A stretch of 64,000 nucleotides of DNA from Octopus sinensis (Eukaryota). This document shows positions 50,064-63,655 of the stretch, piece by piece. Position 1 is the stretch's first letter. Each line of letters starts with the position of its first letter. Both the position numbers and the translations under genes were made by a program. The stretch covers positions 7,192,001-7,256,000 of the forward strand of contig NC_043025.1 of the NCBI RefSeq assembly GCF_006345805.1, in the 5' to 3' direction. The notes below the pieces were generated by a model. The model had not been told where the DNA came from. It did no database searches and was given only the letters and a program-made list of their open reading frames with translations.

Positions 50064-52705
50064 TAGTCAGGCCATAATCCGTGGCCCCAACCTGGGACGT
50101 AGTCAGTCCACCTGTGCATACCTTCCTTCTTGTGACACTTGTGAAGACCTTTTGAGGCAAGTGAAAGTGAAAATCAAAATAAAATAGATGAACATCAATG
50201 GAATTTGTATCTTTATGGTACCAGTGCCGGTGGCACACAAGAAAGCCATCCGAACGTGGCCGTAGCCAGTACCGCATCGACTGGCCTCCGTGCTGTGGGC
50301 ACGTAACAAACACCATCCGATCATGTCCGTTCGCCAGCCTCATCATCAGGCACCTGTGTCGGTGGCACATAAAAACACCATCTGAAGACCCGGAAAGACT
50401 AGTCAGGCCATAACCCGTGGCCCCTACCTGGGACGTAGTCAGTCCGCCTGTGCATACCTTCCTTCTGGTGGACACTTGTGAAGACCTGTTGAGGCAAGTG
50501 ATCAAATCAAAACAAATCAAAATAGATGAACATCAATGGAATTTGTATCTTTGTGGTACCAGGGCCGGTGGCACACAAGATAACATCCGAAGATGGCCGT
50601 AGCCAGTACGCATCGACTGGCTTGTGCTGTGGGCTCATAACAAACACCATCCGATCGTGGCCGTTCGCCAGCCTCATCTGGCACCTGTGTCAGTGGCACA
50701 TAAAAACACCATCCGAAGACCCGGCAAGACCAGTCAGGCCATAACCCGTGGACTCTACCTGGGACGTAGTCAGTCCACCTGTGCATTCCTTCCTTCTTGT
50801 GACACTTGTGAAGACCTGTTGAGACAAGTGATCAAATCAAATCAAATCAAATCAAAATAGATGAACATCAATGGAATTTGTATCTTTGTGGTACCAGTGC
50901 CGGTGGCACACAAGAAAACCATCTGAACGTGGCCGTAGCCAGTACCGCATCAACTGGCCTCCGTGCTGTGGGCACGTAACAAACACCATCCATCTGGCAC
51001 CTGTGTTGGAGGCACATAAAAACATCATCCGAAGACCCGGCAAGACTAGTCAGGCCATAACCCGTGGCCCCTACCTGGGACATTGTCAGTTCACCTGTGC
51101 ATACCTTCCTTCCTTCTTGTGACACTTGTGAAGACCTGTTGAGGCAAGTGAAAATCAAATCAAATCAAATCAAAATAGATGAACATCAATGGAATTTGTA
51201 TCTTTGCGGTACCAGTGCCGGTGGCACATAAGAAAACCATCCGAACGTGGCCGTAGCCAGTACCACATCGACTGGCCTCCGTGCTGTGGGCACGTAACAA
51301 ACACCATCCGATCGTGGCTGTTCACCAGCCTCGTCTGGCACCTGTGTCGGTGGCACATAAAAAACACCATCCGAGCGTGGCCGTCTGCCAGCCTCGTCTG
51401 GCACTTGTGTCGGTGGCACATAAAAAACACCATCCGAGCGTGGCCGTTCGCCAGCCTCGTCTGGCACCTGTGTCGGTGGCACATAAAAAACACCATCCGA
51501 GCGTGGCCGTCTGCCAGCCTCGTCTGGCACTTGTGTCGGTGGCACATAAAAACACCATCCGAGCGTGGCCGTCTGCCAGCCTCGTCTGGCACTTGTGTCG
51601 GTGGCACATAAAAACACCATCCGAGCGTGGCCGTTCGCCAGCCTCGTCTGGCACCTGTGTCGGTGGCACATAAAAAACACCATCCGAGCGTGGCCGTTCG
51701 CCAGCCTCGTCTGGCACCTGTGTCGGTGGCACATAAAAACACCATCCGAGTGGCCCGTCTGCCAGCCTCGTCTGGCACTTGTGTCGGTGGCACATAAAAA
51801 AACACCATCCGAGCGTGGCCGTCTGCCAGCCCCGTCTGGCACCTGTGTCGTGGCACACATAAAAAACACCATGAGCGTGGCCGGTTCGCCAGCCACGTCT
51901 GGCACCTGTGTCGGTGGCACATAAAAAACACCATCCGAGCGTGGCCGTCTGCCAGCCTCGTCTGGCACATAAAAAACACCATCCGAGCGTGGCCGTTCGC
52001 CAGCCTCGTCTGGCACCTGTGTCGGTGGCACATAAAAAACACCATCCGAGTGTGGCCGTTCGCCAGCCTCGTCTGGCACCTGTGTCGGTGGCACATAAAA
52101 AACACCATCCGAGCGTGGCCGTTCGCCAGCCTCGTCTGGCACCTGTGTCGGTGGCACATAAAAAACACCATCCAAGTGTGGCCGTCTGCCAGCCTCGACT
52201 GGCACTTGTGTCGGTGGCACATAAAAAACACCATCCGAGCGTGGCCGTCTGCCAGCCTCGTCTGGCACTTGTGTCGGTGGCACATAAAAAACACCATCCG
52301 AGCGTGGCCGTCTGCCAGCCTCGTCTGGCACTTGTGTCGGTGGCACATAAAACACCATCCGAGCGTGGCCATCTGCCAGCCTCGTCTGGCACCTGTGTCG
52401 GTGGCACATAAAAAACACCATCCGAGCGTGGCCGTCTGCCAGCCTCGTCTGGCACTTGTGTCGGTGGCACATAAAAACACCATCCGAGCGTGGCCGTTCG
52501 CCAGCCTCGTCTGGCACCTGTGTCGGTGGCACATAAAATCACCCACTACACTCTCGGAGTGGTTGGCGTTAGGAAGGGCATCCAGCTGTAGAAACACTGC
52601 CAGATCTAACTGGCCTGGTGCAGCCTTCGGGCTCCCCAGACCCCAGTTGAACCGTCCAACCCATGCTAGCATGGAAAGCGGACGTTAAACAATGATGATG
52701 ATGAT
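50064..52705 (+). mobile_element. RTE family A 3' end: four tandem ~320-350 bp units, ~21 copies of the 59-60 bp minisatellite, then the terminal tail
   Basis: Units start near 50064, 50384, 50715 and 51031 (gaagacccggcaagactagtcagg = ORF2 end). Minisatellite at about 51300-52540; canonical RTE tail ends gatgatgat at 52705. Confidence 0.9.
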
Positions 52706-53454
52706 AAATAAGCTAGGCTTATAAAGAATAACTCCTGGAGTTGATTTCTTTGACTAAAAATCCTTCAAGTTGGTGACTGAAACAAGTAAAAGAATAAAAG
52801 AATAGATAATCCACTCCAAGAAACACTTAAAATTATGTGATGGAATTGGCTAGAATCCTATTTGTCCTTCATCTCTGGATCAGCTTCATTCAGAGTGAAA
52901 CAAGTGTTATTCACATGATGGGGGAAGGTTGGAGTGAGGTAAACACTCAAAAGAGAGGAACAAATTACTCTTTACTCTTTTACTTGTTTTAGTCATTTGA
53001 CTGCAGCCATGCTGGAGCACCGCCTTTAGTCGAGGTGATCGACCCCGGAACTTATTCTTTATATGCCCAGTACTTATTCTATCGGACTCTTTTGCCGAAC
53101 TTCTAAGTTACGTGGACTTAAACACACCAGCATCGGTTGTCAAGCAATGCTAGGGAGACAAACACAGACACACAAATACACACACATACATATATATACA
53201 TATATACGACAGGCTTCTTTCAGTTTCCGTCTAGCAAATCCACTCACAAGGCATTGGTCGGCCCGAGGCTATAGTAGAAGACACTTGCCCAAGGTGCCAC
53301 GCAGTGGGACTGAAACCAGAACCATGTGGCTGGTTAGCAAGCTTCTTACCACACAGCCACTCTCTTCTTTTATATTTTACTTGTGTCAGTCATTGGACTG
53401 TGGCCATACCGGAGCATCACCTTGAAAGGTTTTAGTCGCAAAAATCATCCCCAG

Positions 53455-53995
53455 TAGAAATGACTGGTGGTTATGTGCAGACCCTTCTGAAGTTCCAAGT
53501 GTTATGCGTTCAAAATTTCCTGCAACTGTCATCGTTTTAGGAGTTGTTAGCAATGAAGAACATGTGATGGCCCCTTACACCTTTTCACAAGGCCTTACAG
53601 TTAACCCTGCCATCTACATTGAGGTCCTGGAAATAACCTGTTAAGTCTTGGATAGACAGTGTATGCAATGGAAGGCCATATGTGTTTCAGTAAGACCCTA
53701 CACTATCACACATGGCTCTAGTAACACAGGAACAGATGGCTGAAAATCTTCATGATCACATAACCCCCCTAACATTCGGCCTCCTAATTCCACAGACCTC
53801 AATCCATTAGACATGTGGAGTATTGTTGAGAGAGAGGTCAATGAACATGCCCATAACACCAAAGATTCTTTGAAAGCTGCTATAGTCAGAGTAATGTCCA
53901 AAATGAACCAGGACCACTTGATTCAAGCATGTAGATGATTTAGATCTCATATAGAAACAGTTGTTGAAGCTGAAGGTGGCTTTATTGAAAAACAT
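53455..53995 (+). mobile_element. Tc1/mariner (maT-like) transposase relic, catalytic and C-terminal part
   Basis: Reading across frameshifts and stops gives WLCADPSEVPSVMRSKFPATVIVLGVVSNE..VMAP..F.QGL.VN..YIEVLE..VKSWI...GRPYVFQ*D...PPNSTDLNPLD.WSIVER...FRSHIETVVEAEGGFIE. Confidence 0.88.
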
Positions 53996-54304
53996 TATAG
54001 AAAAGAAGGTTTTATTTTTATCCTCATAGCATTTTTTGATAAATAAAGTTATCTGTTATGTTTTTTTTATAGACATAAATCTGTCCTCAAATATCTTATG
54101 CCCCCTGTATATATATATATATATATATATATTATTATATATATATGCAACAACGGGCTTCTCTCGGTTTCCACTTACCAAATTTACTCACAAAGCTTTG
54201 GTCACCCCAAGACTATAGTAGATGACACTTGCCCAAGATTCCATGCAGTCTGACTGAAACTAGAGCCATGTGGTTGGGAAGCAAGCTTCTTACCACACAC
54301 ACAC

Positions 54305-55981
54305 ATCATCATCATCATCATCATCATCTAGCGTCCGTTTTCCATGCTAGCATGGGTTGGACGGTTCTACTGGGGTCTGTGAAGCCAGAAGGCTTCATCA
54401 GGCCCAGTCAAATCTGGCAGTGTTTCTACGGCTGGATGCCCTTCCTAACGCCAACTACTCCGTGAGTGTAGTGGGTGCTTTTTACGTGCCACCCGCACTG
54501 GTGCCAGACAGAGCTGGCAAACGGCCACGAACGGATGGTGCTTTTTATGTGCCACCGGCACGAGGGCCAGGCGAGGCTGGCAACGGACACGAAACGGGGC
54601 GGTGCTGGCAACGGTCGCGAAACGGAAAGTTCTCTTACATGCCACCGGCACTGGTAACACATCTGCAATTTCCATTGATCGATTTCGATTCTGATCCTCA
54701 CTTGCCTCAATGGGTCTTCACAAGCAGAGTTTCGACATGCCACCGGCACTGGTAGCACATCCGCAATTTCCATTGATCGATTTCGATTCTGATCCTCACT
54801 TGCCTCAACACATCTTCACAAGTAGAGTTTTGTGTCCCAAGAAGGGAAGGTATGCATACGTAGGCTGGCTCCATCCCATGTAGAAAGCCACGGGTTGTGG
54901 ACTCACTTGTCCTGCCGGGTCTTCTCGCGCACAGCACACTTCCAGAGGTCTCGGTCTCTAGTCATTTCCTCAGTGAGACCTAAAGTTCGAAGGTCGTGCT
55001 TCACCACCTTGTCCCAGGTTTTCCTGGGTCTGCCTCTTCCACAGGTTCCCTCAACCGCTAGGGTGTGGTACATTTTTACACAACTATCTTCATCCATTCT
55101 CGCCACATGACCATACCAGCGCAAACGTCTCTCTTGCACACCACAACTGATGCTTCTTAGGTCCAACTTTTCTCTCAAGGTACTTACACTCTGCCGAGTG
55201 TGAGTACCGGCATTACACATCCATCGGAGCATACTGGCTTCATTTCTAGCGAGCTTACGCATATCCTCAGCAGTCACGGCCCATGTTTCACTGCCATGTA
55301 GCATGGCTGTTCGTACCACACGCATCATACAGTCTGCCTTTCACTCTGTGCGAGAGGCCTTTTGTCACCAGCAGAGGTAAGAGCTCTCTGAACTTTGCCC
55401 AAGCTATTCTTACTCTAGCAGTTACACTTTCAGCACACCCGCCCCCGCTGCTGACTTGGTCACCTAGGTAACGGAAACTATCAACTATTTCTAGTTTTTC
55501 TCCCTGGAAAGTGACGGAAGTTGGTCTCAGAGCATTTTCAGTGTTTATTGTTCCTGAGCATCTGCCACATACAAAAACCATCTTCCTAGTTAGCCTTCCT
55601 TTGACATTGCTGCATCTCTTATGTGTCCATAGCTTACACTTGGTGCATCTTATAGAGTTTCTACCTACACCTTTTCTACAGATCGAGCAGGGCCATCTAC
55701 CTGAAGGTGTTTGTGATTTGTCTACCTTCCTACTGATTACGACTTTGGTTTTAGCTAGATTGACTCTGAGGCCCTTCGATTCTAATCCTTGTTTCCACAC
55801 CTGAAACTTCTCCTCCAGTTCTGATAGCGACTCAGCAATTAGAGCAAGGTCATCAGCATAGAGGAGCTCCCAAGGGCATCCTGTCTTGAATTCCTCCGTT
55901 ATTGCCTGGAGGACTATGATAAATAGGAGGGGGCTGAGTACTGAGCCTTGGTGGACCCCTACCTCTACCCGGAATTCTTCA
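54305..55981 (-). mobile_element. RTE LINE family A, second copy truncated inside RT
   Basis: ORFs 55288-56013 and 54903-55328 are nearly identical in protein to 26524-27692 (GVHQGSVLSPLL, YADDL, PHD-like Cys cluster, ..VREKTRQD). 3'UTR and catcat tail lie at 54305-54900. Confidence 0.94.
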
Positions 55982-56934
55982 TTGTATATACATATATACA
56001 CATATCTACACAAGAAGCTTCATTCAGTTTCCATGTACCAAATCCACTCACAAGACTTTGGTTGGCACAAGGCTATAGTAGAAGACACTTGCCCAATGTG
56101 CCATGCAGTTATTTTACTAAATTATTTTACTAAGTTATTTTACTAAATCCTTACTTATATTCAAAATTAATTGAAAGAAACACAGAGCATCTCAACAGAA
56201 ATATGGTAACAAAAGGGTTAAAGTCACCATGATATTTTTAACCCTTTTATTACCAACCCCACTGAAACTGCCTCTGGCTCTGTAGTACAAATGTCTTGTT
56301 TTCAAAAGTTTTGAATTAAAATCTTCCACCAAACCTTAGTCGCACTTTATGATCCTAACACTAGCTTAATGATAACTAAGTTGTTTTACTAAATTCTTTG
56401 TTATATTTAAAATAATTGAAAGAAACACAGAGCATCTGAAAATAAATACAGTAAAGAAATGGCTGAAGTACTTTTGTGGAGTAAGTTTGAAAACCAGTTT
56501 GCCAAACTGACACTTGAACAAATCCCACATCACTACACTAGCTTCCTTTGTTTTCAGATGAATTCAAAACACTAAAAAAAAAAACAAAAAACACTACTAT
56601 TGTATATCATTGGCAACCACCACCTGTCAAGGACAGTCAACAAGAATTCTTGTTTCTTTAGAAAAATAACTTATTTCTATTGTTCTCCTTCAGTGAATGG
56701 GAATATCGATTCTATTTTTAGTCTTTTATGGCCCTTCTCACCAAAAGACACAACACCTATTGTAGGTACACCTATGCATTATCATGGAAATCTTTTTGCC
56801 AATCACTTTTCACACCATGGCATTCATAATCCTCATACAACCATCCATTAGCCGCCCTCCAGTGTACCTTGCACACCATACAAACACCCTTTATCTACCT
56901 GTAACTTAGTGGGTAGAAGCCCATCGTATATATG

Positions 56935-56967
<33 letters not shown>

Positions 56968-57577
56968 TTGTCCCCCTAGCATTGCTTGACAACCGATGCT
57001 GGTGTGTTTACGTCCCCGTCACTTAGCGGTTCGGCAAAAGAGACCGATAGAATAAGTACTGGGCTTACAAAGAATAAGTCCCGGGGACGATTTGCTCGAC
57101 TAAAAGGCGGTGCTCCAGCATGGCCTCAGTCAAATGACTGAAGCAAGTAAAAGAGTAACAGATGCTGGTGTGTTTACGTCCCTATCATTTAATGGATCTT
57201 TCAGACGGAAACTGAAAGAAGCCCGTCGTATATATGTATACATATGTATGTGTGTGTGTGTTTGTCCCCCCTCCCAACATCGCTTGACAACCGATGCTGG
57301 TGTGTTTACGTCCCCATAACTTAGCAGTTCGACAAAAGAGACCAATAGAATAAGTGCTAGGCATACAAAGAATAAGTCCTGGGGTCGATTTGCTCGACTA
57401 AAGGCGCTGCTCCAGCATGGCCACAGTCAAATGACTGAAGCAAGTAAAAGAGTAACAGAGTATGGTAAGTGTTGCCCCCTATCACACTTGTGAATGCATT
57501 TCTGGGTCTTTAACCTTCCTCAGTAGGAGAAGAGAGAGAGACCCTAAGTAAATTCAAACCAATGCTTTATAATGGAA

Positions 57578-57957
57578 CTAGCAGTATCGCCCGGCGTTGC
57601 TCAGGTTTGTAAGGGAAATAACTATAAAGCATTTTTAGAGAGTTATAGCCAAAAAATAGCAAAAAAATGGAAAAAAAATGATGGTAAATATTTTTTGATA
57701 GTTAAAAAGGTCGAGTTGCGTCCCGTAGACAGTCTGTGGTTTGTGTTTCTGATTCTCGACCCCATGTCGAATTTATCGATTTTTTTCAGAACTGGGGGAA
57801 CTTTTCAAAATTTTCGCTGCGTTAGTTTTGAATTATGACATTGGGCTATGTGTGTGTCAAGTTTCATCAGAATCAGTTGAAAGCCGTGGTCAGGGTGAGG
57901 GTACAACCTAACAGACACACAGACAGACAGACAAACTGCCGTTTATATAGAGAGAGA
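57578..57957 (-). mobile_element. Helitron-type element sharing the 3' terminus but with a different 5' body
   Basis: ctagcagtatcgcccggcgttgctc at 57578 is the reverse complement of the family 3' end. The other end reads TCtctctatataaacggcagtttgtctgtc on -. Confidence 0.75.
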
Positions 57958-58149
57958 TAGTCAGTATCAGTAACTGACTTGACTTGTACACAGCCTAGTC
58001 AGAACAAATATAGTAGTAAAATAGTACTAAGCAGTGTTGCTAGGTAAACAAACTTAACGACAGTTCAAATATTTTTGTGGCATATTTTAACCTCTAAAGG
58101 CAAAGCAACACACGCATGCACGCATGTTCACAAGGACATGAATAAGATG

Positions 58150-58152
58150 AAC

Positions 58153-58185
<33 letters not shown>

Positions 58186-58874
58186 GGACAAGACAGCCAG
58201 ATAGATAATTTTCTTTACTGGCCACTCAGGGCTGAACAGAGAGGGGACAAATACAAATGTGGGGCTTTTCTTTTCGAAAATGAAAAAAAGGGGGAAAATA
58301 AGAAGGTAAAATTCCGATCAAAAGGGATCAGGGGAAAAAAAAAGACAGACAGATAGATAAGACAGACAGACAGACAGATAGACAGACATACAGACAGACA
58401 GACAGATAGACAGACAGGCAGACAGACAGATAGATAGACAGGTAGATAGATAGACAGGTAGATAGATAGACAGGTAGATAGACAGGTAGATAGACAGATA
58501 GATAGATAGATAGAATGGTAGATAGATAGATAGAATGGTAGATAGATAGATAGAATGGTAGATAGACAGACAGACAGACAGGTAGACAGACAGATAGACA
58601 GATAGACAGACAGATAGACAGACAGGTAGACAGACAGATAGACAGACAGATAGACAGACAGATAGACAGACAGGTAGACAGACAGATAGACAGACAGGTA
58701 GACAGACAGGTAGACAGACAGGTAGACAGACAGGTAGACAGACAGGTAGACAGACAGGTAGACAGACAGATAGACAGACAGATAGACAGACAGATAGATA
58801 GACAGATAGATAGACAGGTAGATAGACAGATAGATAGATAGAATGGTAGATAGATAGATAGATAGATAGAATGG

Positions 58875-58918
<44 letters not shown>

Positions 58919-59070
58919 TAGACAGACAGGTAGACAGACAGATAGACAGACAGATAGACAGACAGATAGACAGACAGATAGACAGACAGATAGATAGACA
59001 GATAGATAGACAGGTAGATAGATAGATAGATAGATAGAATGGTAGATAGATAGATAGATAGATAGAATGG

Positions 59071-59101
<31 letters not shown>

Positions 59102-59230
59102 GTAGATAGATAGACAGGTAGATAGACAGATAGATAGACAGGTAGATAGACAGATAGATAGACAGATAGATAGACAGATAGACGGACAGACAGACAGATG
59201 GATCAATAGATGACCGGATGGATGGCTATA
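58150..59230. repeat. Compound (GATA)n/(GACA)n satellite
   Basis: Interleaved gata/gaca/caggta/gaatggta units. Confidence 0.95.
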
Positions 59231-59607
59231 GATAAATATACATCTATGAATATACCTTTCTGATTGTGTTTTCTGATATGCAGTGTTTGTTCACATCCCC
59301 ATAACTTAGTGGTGTGGCAAACGATACCGATAAAATAAGTATCTGACTTGGATAAATAAATAAATAAATAAAAACTTTGGTGCTCCAACATGACAGGGGT
59401 ACAATGACTGAAACAAGTAATAGATAAGAAAGGATGCAAGGTGTGTCTATGTTTGTGAGTAGATGCTTGTTTGTGTGTATATGTGTGTGTGTGCGTGTGT
59501 CTGTGTGTGTGTGTCTGTGTGTGTGTGTGTGTGCATATGTGAGCGAGTACATGTTTCATGTATGAGAGTGGGTGTGTGAGCATAAGAGAATGTGCATGTG
59601 AGGGAGG

Positions 59608-60905
59608 TGTGTGAGTGTGCATGTGGCAGTGAGCATGAGTACAAGTGTGTGAGTGTGCATGTAGCAGTGAGCATGAGTACAAGTGTGTGAGTGTGCATGT
59701 GGCAGTGAGCCTGAGTAGAAGTGTGTGAGTGTGCATGTGGCAGTGAGCATGAGTACAAGTGTGTGAGTGTGCATGTGGCAGTGAGCATGAGTACAAGTGT
59801 GTGTGTGTGCATGTGACAGTGAGCATGAATACAAGTGTGTGAGTGTGCATGTGGCAGTGAGCATGAGTACAAGTGTGTGTGTGTGCATGTGGCAGTGAGC
59901 ATGAGTACAAGTGTGTGAGTGTGCATGTGGCAGTGGGCATGAGTACAAGTGTGTGTGTGTGCATGTGACAGTGAGCATGAATACAAGTGTGTGAGTGTGC
60001 ATGTGGCAGTGAGCATGAGTACAAGTGTGTGTGTGTGCATGTGGCAGTGAGCATGAGTACAAGTGTGTGTGTGTGCATGTGGCAGTGAGCATGAGTACAA
60101 GTGTGTGTGTGTGCATGTGACAGTGAGCATGAATACAAGTGTGTGAGTGTGCATGTGGCAGTGAGCATGAGTACAAGTGTGTGTGTGTGCATGTGACAGT
60201 GAGCATGAATACAAGTGTGTGAGTGTGCATGTGGCAGTGAGCATGAGCACAAGTGTGTGAGTGTGCATGTGGCAGTGAGCATGAGTACAAGTGTGTGTGT
60301 GTGTGCATGTGGCAGTGAGCATGAGTACAAGTGTGTGTGTGTGTGCATGTGGTAGTGAGCATGAGTACAAGTGTGTGAGTGTGCATGTGGCAGTGAGCAT
60401 GAATACAAGTGTGTGAGTGTGCATGTGGCAGTGAGCATGAGTACAAGTGTGTGAGTGTGCATGTGGCAGTGAGCATGAGTACAAGTGTGTGAGTGTGCAT
60501 GTGGCAGTGAGCATGAGTACAAGTGTGTGAGTGTGCATGTAGCAGTGAGCATGAAGACAAGTGTGTGAGTGTGCATGTGACAGTGAGCATGAAGACAAGT
60601 GTGTGAGTGTGCATGTGACAGTGAGCATGAGTACAAGTGTGTGAGTGTGCATGTGGCAGTGAGCATGAGCACAAGTGTGTGAGTGTGCATGTGGCAGTGA
60701 GCATGAGTACAAGTGTGTGTGTGTGCATGTGGCAGTGAGCATGAGTACAAGTGTGTGTGTGTGTGCATGTGGTAGTGAGCATGAGTACAAGTGTGTGAGT
60801 GTGCATGTGGCAGTGAGCATGAATACAAGTGTGTGAGTGTGCATGTGGCAGTGAGCATGAGTACAAGTGTGTGTGTGTGCATGTGGCAGTGAGCATGAGT
60901 ACAAG
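59608..60905. repeat. 38-bp minisatellite, ~34 copies
   Basis: Unit gtgtgtgagtgtgcatgtggcagtgagcatgagtacaa, with length variation in the (GT)n part. Confidence 0.95.
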
Positions 60906-61428
60906 TGTGTGTGTGTGTGTGTGTATTTATCGCCTGTCCAGTCAACCGTGACACAAGACCTATTTTATTTCTGACATCACACTCCGTTACCATAGAGATT
61001 GCAATTTGCGTTCTCAACAATCAAGTAAAACATGCATTCAAAATATAAAAAAATACAGTACTTGTTTCAATCGTTAGACTGCGGTCATACTGGGGCACCG
61101 CCTTGTAGAATTTCTAGTCAAATGAATCAACACCAGTACTTCATCATCATCGTTTAACGTCCGCTTTCCATGCTAGCATGGGTTGGACGGCTCGACTGGG
61201 GTCTGAGAAGCCAGGAGGCTGCATCAGGCCCAGTTCTGATGTGGCAGTGTTATTACAGCTGGATGCCCTTCCTAACGCCAACCACTCCGAGAGTGTAGTG
61301 GGTGCTTTTTATGATTTTTTTAAAGCCTTGAACTTATTCTATCGATCTCTAATGATGAACCACTAGGTTATGGACACATAAGCACACTTATACTGGTTGT
61401 CAAGCAGTGGTGGTGGTCACACACATAT

Positions 61429-61481
<53 letters not shown>

Positions 61482-61764
61482 CATATACATACATTCACAC
61501 AATGGGCATCTTTCAGTTTTTGTCAGCCTGAGGCTGTAATAGAAGACACTTGCCCAAGGTGCCACACAGCAGGACTGAACCTGGCACTATGTGGTTGGGA
61601 AGCAAGCTTCTTACCACACAGCCACATGTTTATATATATATGTGTGTGTATATATATAAATAGATACATGTTACACACATATGTATATACAGATATATAG
61701 AAACATGTACATACATATACATTCGTATACAAACATATATACACACAGACACACAAACACACAT

Positions 61765-62160
61765 CATCATCATCATCATTGTTCGACCATGGTCGAGACA
61801 ATGGAATTTACCATGCTACGCCAGACTTCACAGTCCATCATAGCATTACGGAGGTCCTGTTGCTGGATGCCTGTATCCCTGGAGATTACATCAGGGTAGG
61901 AGAGTGTGCGCCCCCTGGTATCGCGAGTAGATGGCTTCCAGAGGAGAAGAGTAGAAATTACCTCGTTTTCAGCTCTACAACAATGTTCAGCAAACTGGAC
62001 TCTCCTACCTTTCACAAGAGATGACACAGGTGGTAGTTTCCCATATATTTGTACTTTGGATTGATGACGCTTCCACGAGAGATTTTGAGCTCTCATAAGG
62101 AGGCGAGTGTAGGTTCCATCCAACCGCCTCTCAAGCTTCTTTGATAACGTCCAGGTTTCT
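61765..62160 (-). mobile_element. RTE family B 3' fragment, single copy
   Basis: ORF 61776-62189: ETWTLSKKLERRLDGTYTRLLMRAQNLSW...RRVQFAEHCCRA...DVISRDTG...EVWRSMV; (ATG)n tail. Confidence 0.88.
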
Positions 62161-63151
62161 GCACACACACCACACACACACACACACACAAATCATTGAT
62201 TAAATATAGTCTGTTAGAATATTATACACTGAATTTATAATGAGTGCTCTTTCTATAAAATGTCAAAAATATCAATACTATAAAGTATTAATTCACTCGC
62301 AAGGCTTTGGTCGGCCCAAGGCTATAGTAGAAGACACTTCCCAAAGGTGCCACACAGGGAAACTGAACCAGGAACCATGTGGCTGGTAAGCAAGCTACTT
62401 ACCACACAGCCACTCCTGCACGTAAAGGACAAAAGACAGGCAAAACCCAGCCATGGCAGATTTTGAACTCAGAGCATGAGTTAGTGCCAATCAGAATTTT
62501 GTCTGAGGTGGTAACGATACTGCCAACTCGTTACTTTGGTTTTTAATAAGACATTATAAACTCACCTGTACACTTTTCACCTGTATTTACTCTTTTACTG
62601 GTTTCAGTCATTTGACTGTGGCCATGCTGGAGCACCACCTTTAGTTGAGCAAATCGACCCCAGGACTTATTCTTTGGAAGCCTCGGTCTCTTTTGCCAAA
62701 CCGCTAAGTAACAAGGACGTAAACACACCAGAATCGGTGAGCTGGCAGAAACGTTAGCACGCCGAGCGAAATGTGTAGCAGTATTTCGTCTGTCGTTACG
62801 TTCTGAGTTCAAATTCCGCCGCGGTCGACTTTGCCTTTCATCCTTTCGGGGTCGATTAAATAAGTACAGTTACGCACTGGGGTCGATATGATCGACTTAA
62901 TCCGTTTGTCTGTCTTTGTTCGTCCTCTCTGTGTTTAGCCCCTTGTGGGTAGTAAAGAAATAGGTTGTCAAGCGATGTTGGGGTGGACAAACACAGACAC
63001 ACAAACATACATACATACACACACACATATATATATACGATGGGCTTCTTTCAGTTTCCAGAAGACACTTATTCAGTGGGACTGAACCCGGAACCATGTG
63101 GTTGGTAAGCGAGCTACTTACCACACAGCCACTCCTATGCCTATATTAAAC

Positions 63152-63198
<47 letters not shown>

Positions 63199-63370
63199 GA
63201 CAGGCTTCTTTCAGTTTCTGTCTACCAAATCCACTCACAAGGCTTTGGTCAGCCTGAGGCTATAGTAGAAGACACTTGCCCAAGGTGCTATGCAATGGGA
63301 CTGAACCCGGAACTGTGTGGTTGGTAAGCGAGCTACTTACCACACAGCCACTCCTATGCCTATATTAAAC

Positions 63371-63422
<52 letters not shown>

Positions 63423-63617
63423 TACATATATACGACAGGCTTCTTTCAGTTTCCGTCTACCAAATCCACTCACAAGGCTTTGGTCAGCCTGAGGCTATAG
63501 TAGAAGACACTTGCCCAAGATGCCACGCAGTGAATGGGACTGAACCCAGAACCATGTGGTTGGTAAGCGAGCTACTTACCACACAGCCACTCCTATGCCT
63601 ATATTAAACCACACACA

Positions 63618-63655
<38 letters not shown>

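Noticed and set aside
50382-50404. CTGAAGA-cccg-GAAA-gactaGTC hammerhead look-alike
   Set aside because: Stem II is only 1 bp, and the sister units read ccgaagacccggcaagac (coding KTRQD), so the motif arises from two private substitutions.
51170-52688. 400-500 aa repetitive ORFs and a CRISPR-like regular repeat
   Set aside because: The 59-60 bp units are contiguous with no unique spacers and lie within an RTE 3'UTR; there are no cas genes and the context is eukaryotic.
58328-61020. Long ORFs of 292-605 aa (LSICLS..., HTHTCTHAHC...)
   Set aside because: They are translations of the GATA/GACA satellite and the 38-bp minisatellite, open in several frames only because the units lack stops. They are not metallothionein-like or His-rich genes.
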